A DNA stretch of 64,000 bases from Thermoplasmatota archaeon (GTDB lineage Archaea > Thermoplasmatota > E2 > DHVEG-1). The stretch lies in assembly GCA_030619765.1 (NCBI GenBank), contig JAUXAU010000006.1, positions 766 through 64,765 on the forward strand. The letters run 5' to 3'. Below, in pieces: positions 1 through 10,542 of this stretch (its first letter is position 1; each line of letters starts with the position of its first letter). The position numbers were made by a program, and so were the translations under genes. Under the pieces are notes generated by a model. The model was given only the letters and a program-made list of their open reading frames with translations, was not told the origin of the DNA and searched no databases.

Positions 1-153
1 TTTTATTATGCAAAGATCAGGATGAATAGCTTTTACTTGTGGTAAGACTATTATAAATCCCATCATTATGAAAAGAAACGATATAAAAATTACTGCCAGC
101 TTATTTAAATTTATTTTATTTGTTGTATCTATAAAATCATTTTTCAAGTTCAT
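1..153 (-). CDS. 5' part of a secreted protein that runs off the window edge
   Basis: Hand translation MNLKNDFIDTTNKINLNKLAVIFISFLFIMMGFIIVLPQVKAIHPDLCIIK; GGGAGGT RBS upstream; signal peptide ending in VKA. Confidence 0.7.
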   Translation of the reverse strand, partial: MNLKNDFIDTTNKINLNKLAVIFISFLFIMMGFIIVLPQVKAIHPDLCIIK

Positions 154-302
154 TCGAGGATACCTCCCTATTTTTTAGTTTATAGAATATAGATATAATA
201 TATATACATTTTCTATAATAATCAATGCAATATTATATATACATTTTCATTAAATGTTTTAAGGAATATTATTTTGATAATCTCACATAATTTATGTTAC
301 AT

Positions 303-332
303 ATAAAAAAGAAGGGTATCCCTTTTTTTTAT
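303..332. terminator. Imperfect inverted repeat with A/T tracts, terminator-like
   Basis: ataaaaaagaaggg-tat-ccctttttttt downstream of the minus-strand CPBP gene. Confidence 0.35.
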
Positions 333-477
333 GTTTTATTTTCTAACATCATTGAAGACTTTTATCGAAACTTATTTCATAACGGGGTTTGCGACAAATA
401 TTAGAGTATATGTTATGGCCTGCACCCAGCAATTTTTACTTTGCCTCCTGTTAACTTTTAATGCATTGTAAAATGTC

Positions 478-1191
478 TCAACTCAACAGTAAAAATGGAA
501 ATAATGCAATTATGAAGAATCTGTTTATTCCATGAAGTAGCCAAGCTCCAATTAAGTTATCAGATCTGCGGCATATTTCAATTGTCAATATTCCCTGAAC
601 TATAGTTCCAATTATGAAAATAGTTGCAAAATGTTGTGGATGCACTAAAACAAAACTGGCTAATGACGTAAAATACGCTATTTTTAGGTTTGTTCTATTT
701 AAGAGAAATATAAAAAGAATTCCACGAAAAAAGAATTCTTCAGTAAATGCTTCAAAAAAACTAATTGCCCCAGTCAATAAATCCACATCTAAGAATACTC
801 CATTGACATATTGAATTACAAATGTCACGGCAAGCATTATTGGCATGAAAAGAATGCATAACCAGATACTCTTTTTTGTCCCTTCTTTTTTAATGCCAAA
901 TTGCCCCAATTTCAAAGAAGATCTATTACGTTTTAATATCGATAAACATAGTAAGGGAAATATGACAAAGAGTAGAAATTTCACTGCTATATATGTTTGA
1001 GTTGAAAGGAAATTACTTGATTGCAAAGGCCAATATAGAATCACAATAAGGAACATTGATGTAGTAATTGTTCCAATCTCTGCTAAGGATTCTTTTTTAT
1101 ATTTGAAACAATAAAAAAGAGGGATTATCATCGGCACAAGCATAGGCCATAGGAATAGATTAAATTCCATTATCTCTTCACCGCAACTCAA
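478..1191 (-). CDS. CPBP (CAAX/Abi) family intramembrane metalloprotease
   Basis: Multi-TM; EEFFFRG, FVLVH and HGINR motifs; real start probably MEFNL. Confidence 0.9.
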   Translation of the reverse strand: MSCGEEIMEFNLFLWPMLVPMIIPLFYCFKYKKESLAEIGTITTSMFLIVILYWPLQSSNFLSTQTYIAVKFLLFVIFPLLCLSILKRNRSSLKLGQFGIKKEGTKKSIWLCILFMPIMLAVTFVIQYVNGVFLDVDLLTGAISFFEAFTEEFFFRGILFIFLLNRTNLKIAYFTSLASFVLVHPQHFATIFIIGTIVQGILTIEICRRSDNLIGAWLLHGINRFFIIALFPFLLLS

Positions 1192-1210
1192 CTTTATATC
1201 ATCTATTTCC

Positions 1211-2377
1211 CTAACCCATATTTTTCTTTTGTTCTATCAATTTTTTGTAGAATTCTATTAATTTTGTATCTTGTTTTTTCCAGTTCATTGGTTGGCGCGC
1301 CCACAAATCTCCATGTATTGACATATCCCATATTGATTTTGTTTGTGTCATGCCTGTTTCAGTGCCATAGTAAATTATTGATGGTTGATCTGAGGAGAAT
1401 TGAATTTGTACTGCTTCTTTGAGTTTTTCTTTGTCATTTCCACATTGAAAAAGAAACCTGTTCATATCGTGATTGTCAAGGAAATTTGGTAAAAAATAGT
1501 TATCTGGAAAATGAGCAAAATGACGTTTGATATTCTTATTAAATGTTTGTTTTGATGAATAAGGGTTTGTTGCATAGTTTTTTATCAATTCCTGAAATTT
1601 GAAATCCAATACACCATCAAGTTCTCCGATGTATTCTTTTAGAAGGTTATCAGAATTAGCGCCAAAAAACCATTTTAAAAACTTATTTTTTATATGGAGG
1701 GTTCCTAGTTCACTTCTTTTTATACCCATCATCCAGGCTTCACCTATTAGAATCGCGTTTGGATGCTTGTCTTTTATTTCTTTTCTGAATTGTCTCCAAA
1801 AAGAATGTGGCGGACCTATGACATGATCAAGTCTAAAGCCGTCAAAACCAAGGCTAAGCCAGAATTTTGCAGCATTTATTATATGCTCTCTTGCCTGTAA
1901 ATTATTTAGATTTATCTTTGGAATCTCTTTAACACTAAGAAAACTTAGGTATTCATTAGGCCATTTGATAAAATAAAACCAATCTAAGTATGGACTATTT
2001 TTTTCTGTTTGTGCATTCATGAAAAATGGATGCTTTCTTGAACAGTGGTTGGGAACAAAATCTGCAATTATATGCATACCGTGTTCGTGAACTGCATTTA
2101 TTATATCTTTTATATCTTCTAAAGTGCCGAAATGGGGATCCACTTGATAAAAATCAGTGATATGGTACCCATGGTATGCAGAGGTTTTGTAAAAGGGGGA
2201 AATCCAGATGGTGGTAATACCAAGGTCATTAAGATAGGGTAGTTTTTTGATAATACCTCTTATATTTCCCCCCAAAAATGTTGGTTTGTCCCAGTTATCT
2301 GCTGAATCGAAACCTGCAAATCGATCAATAATTATATGATAGATGATGGCATTCTTAAACCACGAAACACCACTCAT
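1211..2377 (-). CDS. GH13 alpha-amylase family glycosidase (neopullulanase/cyclomaltodextrinase-like), no signal peptide
   Basis: YHGY, DFVPNH, DGFRLD, GEAW and FLDNHD conserved regions. Confidence 0.93.
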   Translation of the reverse strand: MSGVSWFKNAIIYHIIIDRFAGFDSADNWDKPTFLGGNIRGIIKKLPYLNDLGITTIWISPFYKTSAYHGYHITDFYQVDPHFGTLEDIKDIINAVHEHGMHIIADFVPNHCSRKHPFFMNAQTEKNSPYLDWFYFIKWPNEYLSFLSVKEIPKINLNNLQAREHIINAAKFWLSLGFDGFRLDHVIGPPHSFWRQFRKEIKDKHPNAILIGEAWMMGIKRSELGTLHIKNKFLKWFFGANSDNLLKEYIGELDGVLDFKFQELIKNYATNPYSSKQTFNKNIKRHFAHFPDNYFLPNFLDNHDMNRFLFQCGNDKEKLKEAVQIQFSSDQPSIIYYGTETGMTQTKSIWDMSIHGDLWARQPMNWKKQDTKLIEFYKKLIEQKKNMG

Positions 2378-2493
2378 GAATATGTATAGTATGATTACTT
2401 TTTATAGTATCTTGAAAATTGATTTTTAATAACTGATGGAGAAAAATTTTGTATACAAATATTTTAAATTCAAAGAAATTATAAGGGAGAAAT

Positions 2494-2886
2494 ATGGGCG
2501 AAGAAGTTCTGTTAAATCATGTAGCATTACAATGTTTAAATAAAGAAGAAACTGAGATCTTTTTTACAAAAATTTTGGGGATTCCAAAGGTTAAAAACTT
2601 TACAATATCTGAAGGTTTATCAGAGAGCATATTTGGAATAAACAAAAGAGTAGAAGTAGAAGTTTATGATAATGGCAAGACAAGGTTTGAGGTTTTTATT
2701 GGCCAAAGCAATAGAACACCTGGCTACGAACACATTTGTATAGAAGTAGAAGACAAAAAAGGATTTATTGACCGTTGTAAGAAATACGGTAGAGAACCAT
2801 TGATAGTAAAGAAAGAAGGGAAAGATCTATTGTTTGTTAGGGATTTTTCAAATAATTTATATGAAATAAAAGAAATAAAAAAATAA
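2494..2886 (+). CDS. VOC/glyoxalase family protein
   Basis: NHVAL...FFTKILG...EHICIEV...FVRDFSNNLYEI pattern. Confidence 0.85.
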   Translation: MGEEVLLNHVALQCLNKEETEIFFTKILGIPKVKNFTISEGLSESIFGINKRVEVEVYDNGKTRFEVFIGQSNRTPGYEHICIEVEDKKGFIDRCKKYGREPLIVKKEGKDLLFVRDFSNNLYEIKEIKK

Positions 2887-2930
2887 AAAAAGAGAAAGGA
2901 GAGTTTATTTTTTCGTTGCGTTGAGCTTCA

Positions 2931-4004
2931 CTAGAGTACGAAGAACAGAATTACAAATGTTGGGGTGTAAGTTGCGTTAGCGGTTGCTCCTTCCACACAA
3001 GTCACATCGACTGTTACCGTTGGTTTGCCGAATCCTAAGACCATACATTTTGCCGTTCCAGTACCTCCATCTTTGGAGATAGTTCCAACAGCCACTGATT
3101 TTGATCCACCTGAGGGTAGTAAGAAAAAACCACCGGTTATCGTAAAGTCTGCATTGACATTGGTTGCGTCAACACTACCACTGTTTGTAATGGTTGCAGT
3201 AAGGCCGAATCCACCTTTAACACAAACATCCAATACAGGTACTGTGAGTTCTTCACCGGTAAGAACGAAGTTGAAATCATTAGGTTCACCAACTAAATCT
3301 GTTGTTGTAGTCCAGTCAGGAAAACCGAAATAGGCGGATTTGAAGACACCCTCATGGAATTTTATCCCTAAAACTGTTTCGTTATGCCTGCACCAGCCAG
3401 ATTGTGGAAAAGTAAGGTTTATACCATATAAGGATATCCAATATTTTTTACCTGCATCGAAATTCAATGGATCAGGTAGCTGAACAGAGTAGTTAGCATA
3501 CCAAGTCTCTCTACCAGTTGATGGATCTGTTGTATTGTACCAGAAATCTACACTTATTGAAGCATTGGGGAAGTGGAATTCAGCTATAACGGCGCCAGGT
3601 GCAGTGCCGGTGCCATTGTCATCATAGAACGTGATATTCCAGTCAAATTTATAGTCCATTGCGCCCTGTGCGTATTGACAGTTGTAGTAGCCACCTTGCC
3701 AGTGTACGTCGTCGATCATTGCAGGGTTTTCAAGGATGAAGTCGTCAGCTGGAAATGCATCTAGTGATCCTCCTACAGGACGCTCATCCTGCGCAGCGAG
3801 CATGCCGACAAGATCGCCCATGCCGTTGTCATAAACTACACCTCGGATCTGTGAATTGCTGGCTTTCACGGGTCGGTCCTCTGTAACCATGTCTGGTATT
3901 TTTTCGTTGTTTGTTGTATTTGCTATTGCAGCTGTTGACGAAAAAACCAACACTACTGCTATTAGCAAAACACAAGCTTCTTTCAAAATTTTGTTTTTTT
4001 TCAT
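2931..4004 (-). CDS. Secreted beta-rich hypothetical protein with conserved C-terminal domain
   Basis: Signal peptide; ADDF...HWQGGY domain; C-terminal GGFG..TNSG..ATNV..GFGK..LFFVL domain. Confidence 0.85.
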   Translation of the reverse strand: MKKNKILKEACVLLIAVVLVFSSTAAIANTTNNEKIPDMVTEDRPVKASNSQIRGVVYDNGMGDLVGMLAAQDERPVGGSLDAFPADDFILENPAMIDDVHWQGGYYNCQYAQGAMDYKFDWNITFYDDNGTGTAPGAVIAEFHFPNASISVDFWYNTTDPSTGRETWYANYSVQLPDPLNFDAGKKYWISLYGINLTFPQSGWCRHNETVLGIKFHEGVFKSAYFGFPDWTTTTDLVGEPNDFNFVLTGEELTVPVLDVCVKGGFGLTATITNSGSVDATNVNADFTITGGFFLLPSGGSKSVAVGTISKDGGTGTAKCMVLGFGKPTVTVDVTCVEGATANATYTPTFVILFFVL

Positions 4005-4262
4005 ATTTTTTTCCTCCCGTATTATTATTATATAAAATATAAAAAGGCTATATATATACTTTTCTATAAGTAGGCAAATTATAATATTCCATAGACAGAA
4101 AATATGATTTTTTATAATATTTCAATATGCTAGTGCCAATATAAGAATCAACAGTATTTAGCTTATAAAACAAATATGAATGTATGATATTATCTGTTTC
4201 TTATTGAAAATGAAGTTTTAAAAAATGAGTTAGGGATGATTCTCCTGTTTCTGGCTATATTA

Positions 4263-6626
4263 TTAACCGCCACTTGGATTGATAATTACAAAGAATAATA
4301 GGACTGTTCCGCCTTGTGATCTTGTATCTGAACCCTCTGATATCTCAGCTGTAACTGTTACCATTGTTTTTCCGAATCCCATGATTAAACCTGAAGTCGC
4401 AGTGGCGCTTCCATCTGCAGGGATACTTAGAATCTCGCCGTTGCTTTCTCTCCCTATGAGTATTGTACCGCTCAGGGTCATATTCCATGTTACGTTTGTT
4501 GCCTCAGTAGCACCAATATTTCGGATGACTGCATTTACTCTGAATAATCCACCACTGATAAGCCCCATATCCAGTATAGGTCCTCCAACAATGGTAACTG
4601 TTAATGGAATTGACCAATCACTTTCACTTTCATTTATATCCTTTGCTTTTACTCTTATATCGTATTCTCCAGGTTCAGTCCAAACGTGAGACGCTTCTCC
4701 AGCGACACCTGAGTCATAAGGTCCAACCCAGTAGCTAGACGTGTTATCTCCCCAGTCAAACATATAGAAAATTTGATCTTCTTCAGGATCTGTTGTAACG
4801 CCAGAGAACGTGAGTTCTTTATTCATAATTCCCTGTGTTGGTCCATCCGGTTGACCAGGTATATCTGGTGGTAAGTTTGGATCAGGATCACCACTCCAGA
4901 TAACTAGTGATGGATCGCCAAGGATGTTGTAAGCCTCATAGTAGTATTGAACCGCTCCGCCACCGGAATAGTTTTGGTATAGATAATAGAGTCCCATGTC
5001 GGTCATTCCGGCCATCCATTCAAGACCGTCGGCAAACCAGGCTTGGAACATGGCTTTTTCAAGGATATCATCCTCATCCCAGTAGGTACTTGCAGAGGCG
5101 CCCCAGAAACCAATGGCTGCTTTATCAGCTTCTCGTAGCCAGGTTTCTCCAAAACATTCTGAATCGCCAAATGTGTTTGTGGAACAGGCATGACTTGTGA
5201 CAAAGGGATACATACCATTATTCATAAGACTACTGACATCAGATTGATCAAAAGGTACACAAGCCCATCCTCCTGGGTAACCATGCCCTGAATAAACACA
5301 GAGACTTCGTCCATCATTTAAGGCGTTGATAACATCTGAGGTGCTTCCCCCGCTTGCCTCATAAATTTTATCACAGGTATATCCATTTGGTGTTAAATAG
5401 TTATCAATAACGTAATTGTGTGTTTGTTCAGCTAATTGGCCATAGTCACTAGAAGCTAAAAATGCTCCTTTTTTTATCCATTCATTTGATGGAAAATTTC
5501 CTTGTTCATAGTAGACGGTCTTGTCTACCATGGCCGTAACATGTGATTCTTGTGATGCAGGGAAACGACCGATATAAATATCTGGGAAATAATCTGATCC
5601 ATCAACGGTCACGTAATACAAATCAGCTTCACTGTATGAGTCAGAGCCTGTAAATGTTGGAATTTGCGGAGTATCTCCAACGAGAAGAACATATGCAGGT
5701 GGAGTAGTCCAGGTGTCGTATGCATCTTCGATATAGTTATAGATGTTGTCTTTTGTTGGTCCACCAGGTATATCTGATGTTTTTGTAACAGTTACATCGT
5801 AACCAAGTGTTTGCTTCCAATTTGATAGAGGTTGAATTTCATCATAAAAGCTATCATAGACAATAATCAAGTATCCCTCTTGGTCTCGATTTTCTAAACC
5901 ATTTTCATAAAAACCATAGTTTGCAAAAGCAGTCTTAAAGAAATTTTCAGAGCGTGGAGAGGAGTATCGTTGAATTTTTTCATACGTTTGTGTCATATCG
6001 CTACCTGGAAGATTTATTACGATGTCACAAGCCGTCATTGTCTTAATTTCACCTGAGGATGGGTTGTACTGTATCGGTGAAACCTCCACAAGAGCGAAGC
6101 GTCGTCCTCTTATCACACCTATATCAGCCACTTTTGCTATGTCGCTTGGTGTAAATGCGTTATTTAAATAGTATTGATTGTCAATAACAAATTCCTCTGT
6201 AGCTCCAGGGATTTTTAGAACCGATGGTTGCACTGGCACAATCCTTGCTGGAAGATCTAATTCGTTTAGCGATGTAGATTCCCAAGAGACCGAGGATACA
6301 ATAATCTCAGGGTCTGCTCCCTGTGGTATCTCCAACGTATGTTTTATGACAGGTAGCCGTGCCTCACCTACATTAGTAGTAAATCCTTCACCTGGTAATT
6401 CTACTGTTGCAAACATTCCTTCTTCTGTAGAGATGCTTCCAAATTCAAATGTTGGAGAAGTAATGGTAAGTTCAATAGTTGTTTCATCAACCATGAAAAC
6501 TTCAGATGATGTATTAATAGGTCCATCAAAAACCGTGTTTCCGTTAGATGCTATAACACTTGTTCCAACAAATAACAAAAATACCACAAAGACAACTGCC
6601 TTTTTAAACAATTTTTTCGAAATCAT
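4263..6626 (-). CDS. C25 (gingipain-like) cysteine peptidase with propeptide, PKD-like domain and C-terminal domain
   Basis: Signal peptide; propeptide region (VGEARLP); LLVGD, IGRFP, SGHG (His), HACST (Cys), LGDP motifs; FDWGD PKD-like module. Confidence 0.93.
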   Translation of the reverse strand: MISKKLFKKAVVFVVFLLFVGTSVIASNGNTVFDGPINTSSEVFMVDETTIELTITSPTFEFGSISTEEGMFATVELPGEGFTTNVGEARLPVIKHTLEIPQGADPEIIVSSVSWESTSLNELDLPARIVPVQPSVLKIPGATEEFVIDNQYYLNNAFTPSDIAKVADIGVIRGRRFALVEVSPIQYNPSSGEIKTMTACDIVINLPGSDMTQTYEKIQRYSSPRSENFFKTAFANYGFYENGLENRDQEGYLIIVYDSFYDEIQPLSNWKQTLGYDVTVTKTSDIPGGPTKDNIYNYIEDAYDTWTTPPAYVLLVGDTPQIPTFTGSDSYSEADLYYVTVDGSDYFPDIYIGRFPASQESHVTAMVDKTVYYEQGNFPSNEWIKKGAFLASSDYGQLAEQTHNYVIDNYLTPNGYTCDKIYEASGGSTSDVINALNDGRSLCVYSGHGYPGGWACVPFDQSDVSSLMNNGMYPFVTSHACSTNTFGDSECFGETWLREADKAAIGFWGASASTYWDEDDILEKAMFQAWFADGLEWMAGMTDMGLYYLYQNYSGGGAVQYYYEAYNILGDPSLVIWSGDPDPNLPPDIPGQPDGPTQGIMNKELTFSGVTTDPEEDQIFYMFDWGDNTSSYWVGPYDSGVAGEASHVWTEPGEYDIRVKAKDINESESDWSIPLTVTIVGGPILDMGLISGGLFRVNAVIRNIGATEATNVTWNMTLSGTILIGRESNGEILSIPADGSATATSGLIMGFGKTMVTVTAEISEGSDTRSQGGTVLLFFVIINPSGG

Positions 6627-6817
6627 TCTTATTTATCCCCCGAATATCTATTATAGTTAATACAATTGTAAGATATAATAGTAACTATAATTATATAAAT
6701 ATTTGCTTTTTGTGTGTAATGAAATATTGTATATGGGAATCTAAATATCTTTTAGGATTTAGTTACTTCATTTTGACGTATTGTCACAAAGGTTTTATAT
6801 ATAGCTAATAATAGAAC

Positions 6818-7987
6818 ATGCGCACTAGTTGGCAATATAATAAAAAAGGAGAAAGGATTAAAGAAATGGTTGGAATTAATTCTAAATGTATGATAGGAAA
6901 ATATGCTATTATAACATTAATATTGGGTGTTATATTCACTGCAGCTATTGTGCTTTCTTCAGAAACTACAAATGCAGATCCAATAATTGCCGATCATATC
7001 GCTTCTGCAGAATTTGATGAAATTCCCGCAGAGTATGTCAGCCAGATTCATGATAATTATCACATCTACTATGGTCATACCTCACACGGTAGTCAAATTA
7101 TGAGTGGTCTTGAAACATTAGAAGTAGAAAATGCTTCATATGACCCGCCTTACTTCCATGAAGTTAGCGATGATCTTGGTCATAATGGAGATGTTTCATG
7201 GGAGCCAGATATTAGAGCATATCTTGATAGCAACCTTGAATGTAACATGGTTATGATGTCATGGTGTGGTGGTTGTTCAGATAACACTGAAGAGGGAATA
7301 AATATCTATCTAGAAACCTTTAACCAACTTGAACTTGACTATCCTGATGTAACATTTGTCTATATGACTGGGCATCTGGATGGTACCGGTGTCAATGGTA
7401 ATCTTTATGCTCGTAACAATCAAATACGTGCATATTGTAACTCTAACGAAAAGGTTCTTTTTGATTTTGCAGATATAGAGAGTTGGGATCCTGATGGCAA
7501 CTATTATCCAGATGATACTGATTATTGCAACTGGTGTATTGAATGGTGCAATTCACATCCCTGCCCTAGCTGCAGTTGTGCCCATTCACAGTGTTTTAAT
7601 TGTTATTTAAAAGGTAAAGCGTGGTGGTGGATGATGGCACGTGTTTCAGGGTGGAATGAAACAGGTGGGAATGATAATATTCCTCCAATAGTAACAATTA
7701 CTAAACCTGAAAAAGCGTTATATTTCTTTAATAAAAAAATAATCCCTCTTGTTACCACTATAGTTATTGGGATAATTGAAGTTGAAGTTGAGGCATCAGA
7801 TAGTCATTCAGGTGTCAGCCATGTAGATTTTTACCTTGATGGTGATTTAATGGTTAATGTTTCGGTATTGCCATTTTTTTGGTTGTGGAATGAAAAATCG
7901 TTTAGTAAGCATACTTTAGAGGTAACTGCGTTTGATGGTGCTGGAAATTTTGCAAGTGATAAGATTACCTTGGTGAAACTCTTATAG
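6818..7987 (+). CDS. Secreted Cys-rich SGNH-like hydrolase with C-terminal Ig-like domain
   Basis: N-terminal TM/signal; GHTSHGSQ, MSWC, LFDFADIES, CAHS; C-terminal PPIVTITKP...VDFYLDG...AFDGAGN. Start uncertain. Confidence 0.6.
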   Translation: MRTSWQYNKKGERIKEMVGINSKCMIGKYAIITLILGVIFTAAIVLSSETTNADPIIADHIASAEFDEIPAEYVSQIHDNYHIYYGHTSHGSQIMSGLETLEVENASYDPPYFHEVSDDLGHNGDVSWEPDIRAYLDSNLECNMVMMSWCGGCSDNTEEGINIYLETFNQLELDYPDVTFVYMTGHLDGTGVNGNLYARNNQIRAYCNSNEKVLFDFADIESWDPDGNYYPDDTDYCNWCIEWCNSHPCPSCSCAHSQCFNCYLKGKAWWWMMARVSGWNETGGNDNIPPIVTITKPEKALYFFNKKIIPLVTTIVIGIIEVEVEASDSHSGVSHVDFYLDGDLMVNVSVLPFFWLWNEKSFSKHTLEVTAFDGAGNFASDKITLVKLL

Positions 7988-8043
7988 CATCCTACAAAAG
8001 CATACATTTCTCAATGATATATTTTGAAAACTAATCATTACGT

Positions 8044-10026
8044 TTAACGTTTAGAAAGAATTTCTCTTATTGGAATATATGCAAGCATCAAACCGATATA
8101 TGCTAAAACCAAAAGCCCTGGCCACCATGAGGCAGTTTCCATAAGTGCAAGGTTGATTCCTAAAACAACTAGTACTGCTACAACTACCCCCATTAACGCC
8201 TCTCCTGCTACAAGCCCTGCTGTGAATAAGAGCCCTGTTCTAATTGCCTTTTCTTTTGGTTTTACACCAGTTTGTTTGATTGCAAGTTCCCAATCACTGA
8301 TCTCTTCTTCCGCATTTCCATATTTTTTCTTTAGAAAGGCATCAGTAAGATATCTGATGCTTCCACCTGCAAAGATGGGTACAGAAAGGGTAAATGGAAG
8401 ATATATTCCAATGGCCACTGGAAGTACAGGTAGGTCAATCAGGATAAGTACAAATGCTAAGACCGCTCCAGCAATAACATAGGGCCATAGCATTTCTCCT
8501 CCCAAAATTCCCTGTACTATTCCTTTCATTAGAAACGCCTGTGGTGCTGGTAGGCTTTGGCTGCCAATAGTAAACGCTTCATGTAAGACCCCAATGATAA
8601 TTCCTATTGTTGCCGAGATTGCGACAACTCCAAAGATCATTGAAATCTGCAGTTTTTTTGGTGTCGCTCCAATCATTTGACCAGAAGCCATCGTTTGCAA
8701 AAGATCTCCAGAAACTGATCCTCCGATACAAATAACAGCTGAAATAAAGATAACGATGGCCATTCCTTCAAGTCCGGTTGCTCCAAATCCAAGCATTATC
8801 AAACTGACTATGAGGAGTATTGTGACAGTAACACCAGAAATGGGACAATTTGATGAGCCGACAAGGCCTGTTAAATAACCAGCGAGGGCACTTGCTATAA
8901 ATGCTAAAAATACTGTCAACACTGCCATGATAATGGAGATTTCTATTAATCCTGACAACCATTGATATAAAACAAAAATTGGGATGATCATTAGTCCTAT
9001 TGATATGAATATAAGTTTGTAGTTTAAATCCTGCTCCGTTCTTTTTTTGGTTTTTACTGCTCCTGCTTTTATGCCAAGTACTGCTTCTTTAATGCTGTCT
9101 ACAAGGTTGGCTCTTATAGAATATACCGCCCAAAGTCCTCCAACAAGCATTGCTCCTACTCCAATATATCGTACCTGTTCTCCCCATATGGTGTAGAATC
9201 CTCCTATAAGTGGCCCAAGGTCAGCGTATTCTCCTAATGGAATTGGTAATCCACTGGCCAAAATAAGTAATGGTGCAATGATAACCCAGCCTATGAGTCC
9301 TCCCACCAACACATAGGATGATATTTTAGGACCTATAATCCATCCCACACCTAGAAGAGCTGGAGAAGTTACCGTTCCACCATAAAACCATCCTTCATGC
9401 TCTTTTCCGAGGATAGCATACTTGCCAATGCTTACCATTCCATCTACCGTACCTCTAAAGATATTAAGTGATAGTTGTCCGAATTTGAACAGTGCTGCAA
9501 TTATTGCCCCGATTGCAAGCCATAGGCTACCTACTCCTCCTCTTTGTGATTTTTCTCCTCCTACCATTGTTGTTAATACCGCTGCAACTGCTATTCCTTC
9601 TGGAAAGGGCAGATCTGTTTTTACCACGAGTGCTCTTCTCAGAGGCACCATCCATAGTATGCCAAGAAATCCTCCTATAAGTGAGATAAATGTTGTTTGT
9701 AAGTAGTTTATTTCAGTCCATACGTCTAGAAGTATTAAAGCGGGGATTGTAAATATCACACCTGCTGCAATGCATTCTCCTGCGGATGCTTCCATTGCAG
9801 CGATATTGACTTCTAGAATCGTTGGTTTAAAGGGTTTCAACAGTGCTAAAGATAGTACTGCTCCAGGTATTATTGCTGAAACAGTCATTCCTGCATAAAG
9901 TCCAAGATAAGCATTTGCTGCTCCTAGTACTACTGCGAGTAATACCCCCACTAGTGTAGCCTTTAATGTAAATTCTGGAATTGTTTTGTCTGCAGGGATA
10001 AATGATTTGAAGTCCTCTCGTGACAT
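8044..10026 (-). CDS. OPT family oligopeptide transporter
   Basis: AYLGLYAGMTVSAIIP, LPFPEG, GSSNCPISG, LPAPQA motifs; many TMs; start taken at MSRED. Confidence 0.93.
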   Translation of the reverse strand: MSREDFKSFIPADKTIPEFTLKATLVGVLLAVVLGAANAYLGLYAGMTVSAIIPGAVLSLALLKPFKPTILEVNIAAMEASAGECIAAGVIFTIPALILLDVWTEINYLQTTFISLIGGFLGILWMVPLRRALVVKTDLPFPEGIAVAAVLTTMVGGEKSQRGGVGSLWLAIGAIIAALFKFGQLSLNIFRGTVDGMVSIGKYAILGKEHEGWFYGGTVTSPALLGVGWIIGPKISSYVLVGGLIGWVIIAPLLILASGLPIPLGEYADLGPLIGGFYTIWGEQVRYIGVGAMLVGGLWAVYSIRANLVDSIKEAVLGIKAGAVKTKKRTEQDLNYKLIFISIGLMIIPIFVLYQWLSGLIEISIIMAVLTVFLAFIASALAGYLTGLVGSSNCPISGVTVTILLIVSLIMLGFGATGLEGMAIVIFISAVICIGGSVSGDLLQTMASGQMIGATPKKLQISMIFGVVAISATIGIIIGVLHEAFTIGSQSLPAPQAFLMKGIVQGILGGEMLWPYVIAGAVLAFVLILIDLPVLPVAIGIYLPFTLSVPIFAGGSIRYLTDAFLKKKYGNAEEEISDWELAIKQTGVKPKEKAIRTGLLFTAGLVAGEALMGVVVAVLVVLGINLALMETASWWPGLLVLAYIGLMLAYIPIREILSKR

Positions 10027-10308
10027 TTTATTACAACGTATATATAAATATAACAATCTAAGTATTAAAATGTAATTGGGAAATTGCTTTTCTAGACTCG
10101 TTATGTTAAATTTAATAAAAAATTGTGGATTATTCTTATCTACGGTAAAAACAGGTAATTAAAGAATTAAGCTACTCTTAGCATGTTTTACATCTTTGCA
10201 ATAATTTAATTTTTGGGATGTTGAGACAAAAATAGTTTTATGAACTATGTAAATGATAACGAAAGATTTATAAATAAGCTTAACTAATGTATACTTAGGT
10301 GAACTAAT

Positions 10309-10542
10309 ATGGTTCAAGCTCTGGTAAAATTAAATGATAATATAAATCGAGTTTTAAATATTATCAAGGCAAAGTATGACTTGAAAGATAAAAGCGAGGC
10401 CATAGAATTTGTTGTAAACAAATATATTAAGTTTGAGAATGAACCTGAACTAAGACCTGAGTTTATAGAAAAAGTGAAGAAAATTAAAAAAGAGAAAAGC
10501 ATTCGTGTCGATGACTTTGCCAAGAGGTATGGGCTAGACTAA
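10309..10542 (+). CDS. Type II antitoxin (DUF2683-like)
   Basis: MVQALVKL..NRVLNIIKAKYDLKDKSEAI; 1-nt overlap with downstream RelE gene; TATA tttataaata and GGTGA RBS upstream. Confidence 0.8.
   Translation: MVQALVKLNDNINRVLNIIKAKYDLKDKSEAIEFVVNKYIKFENEPELRPEFIEKVKKIKKEKSIRVDDFAKRYGLD

Noticed and set aside
3025..9706. Plus-strand ORFs at 3025, 4279, 6178, 8153 and 9422 (likewise 55551-59959)
   Set aside because: Antisense shadows of long minus-strand genes
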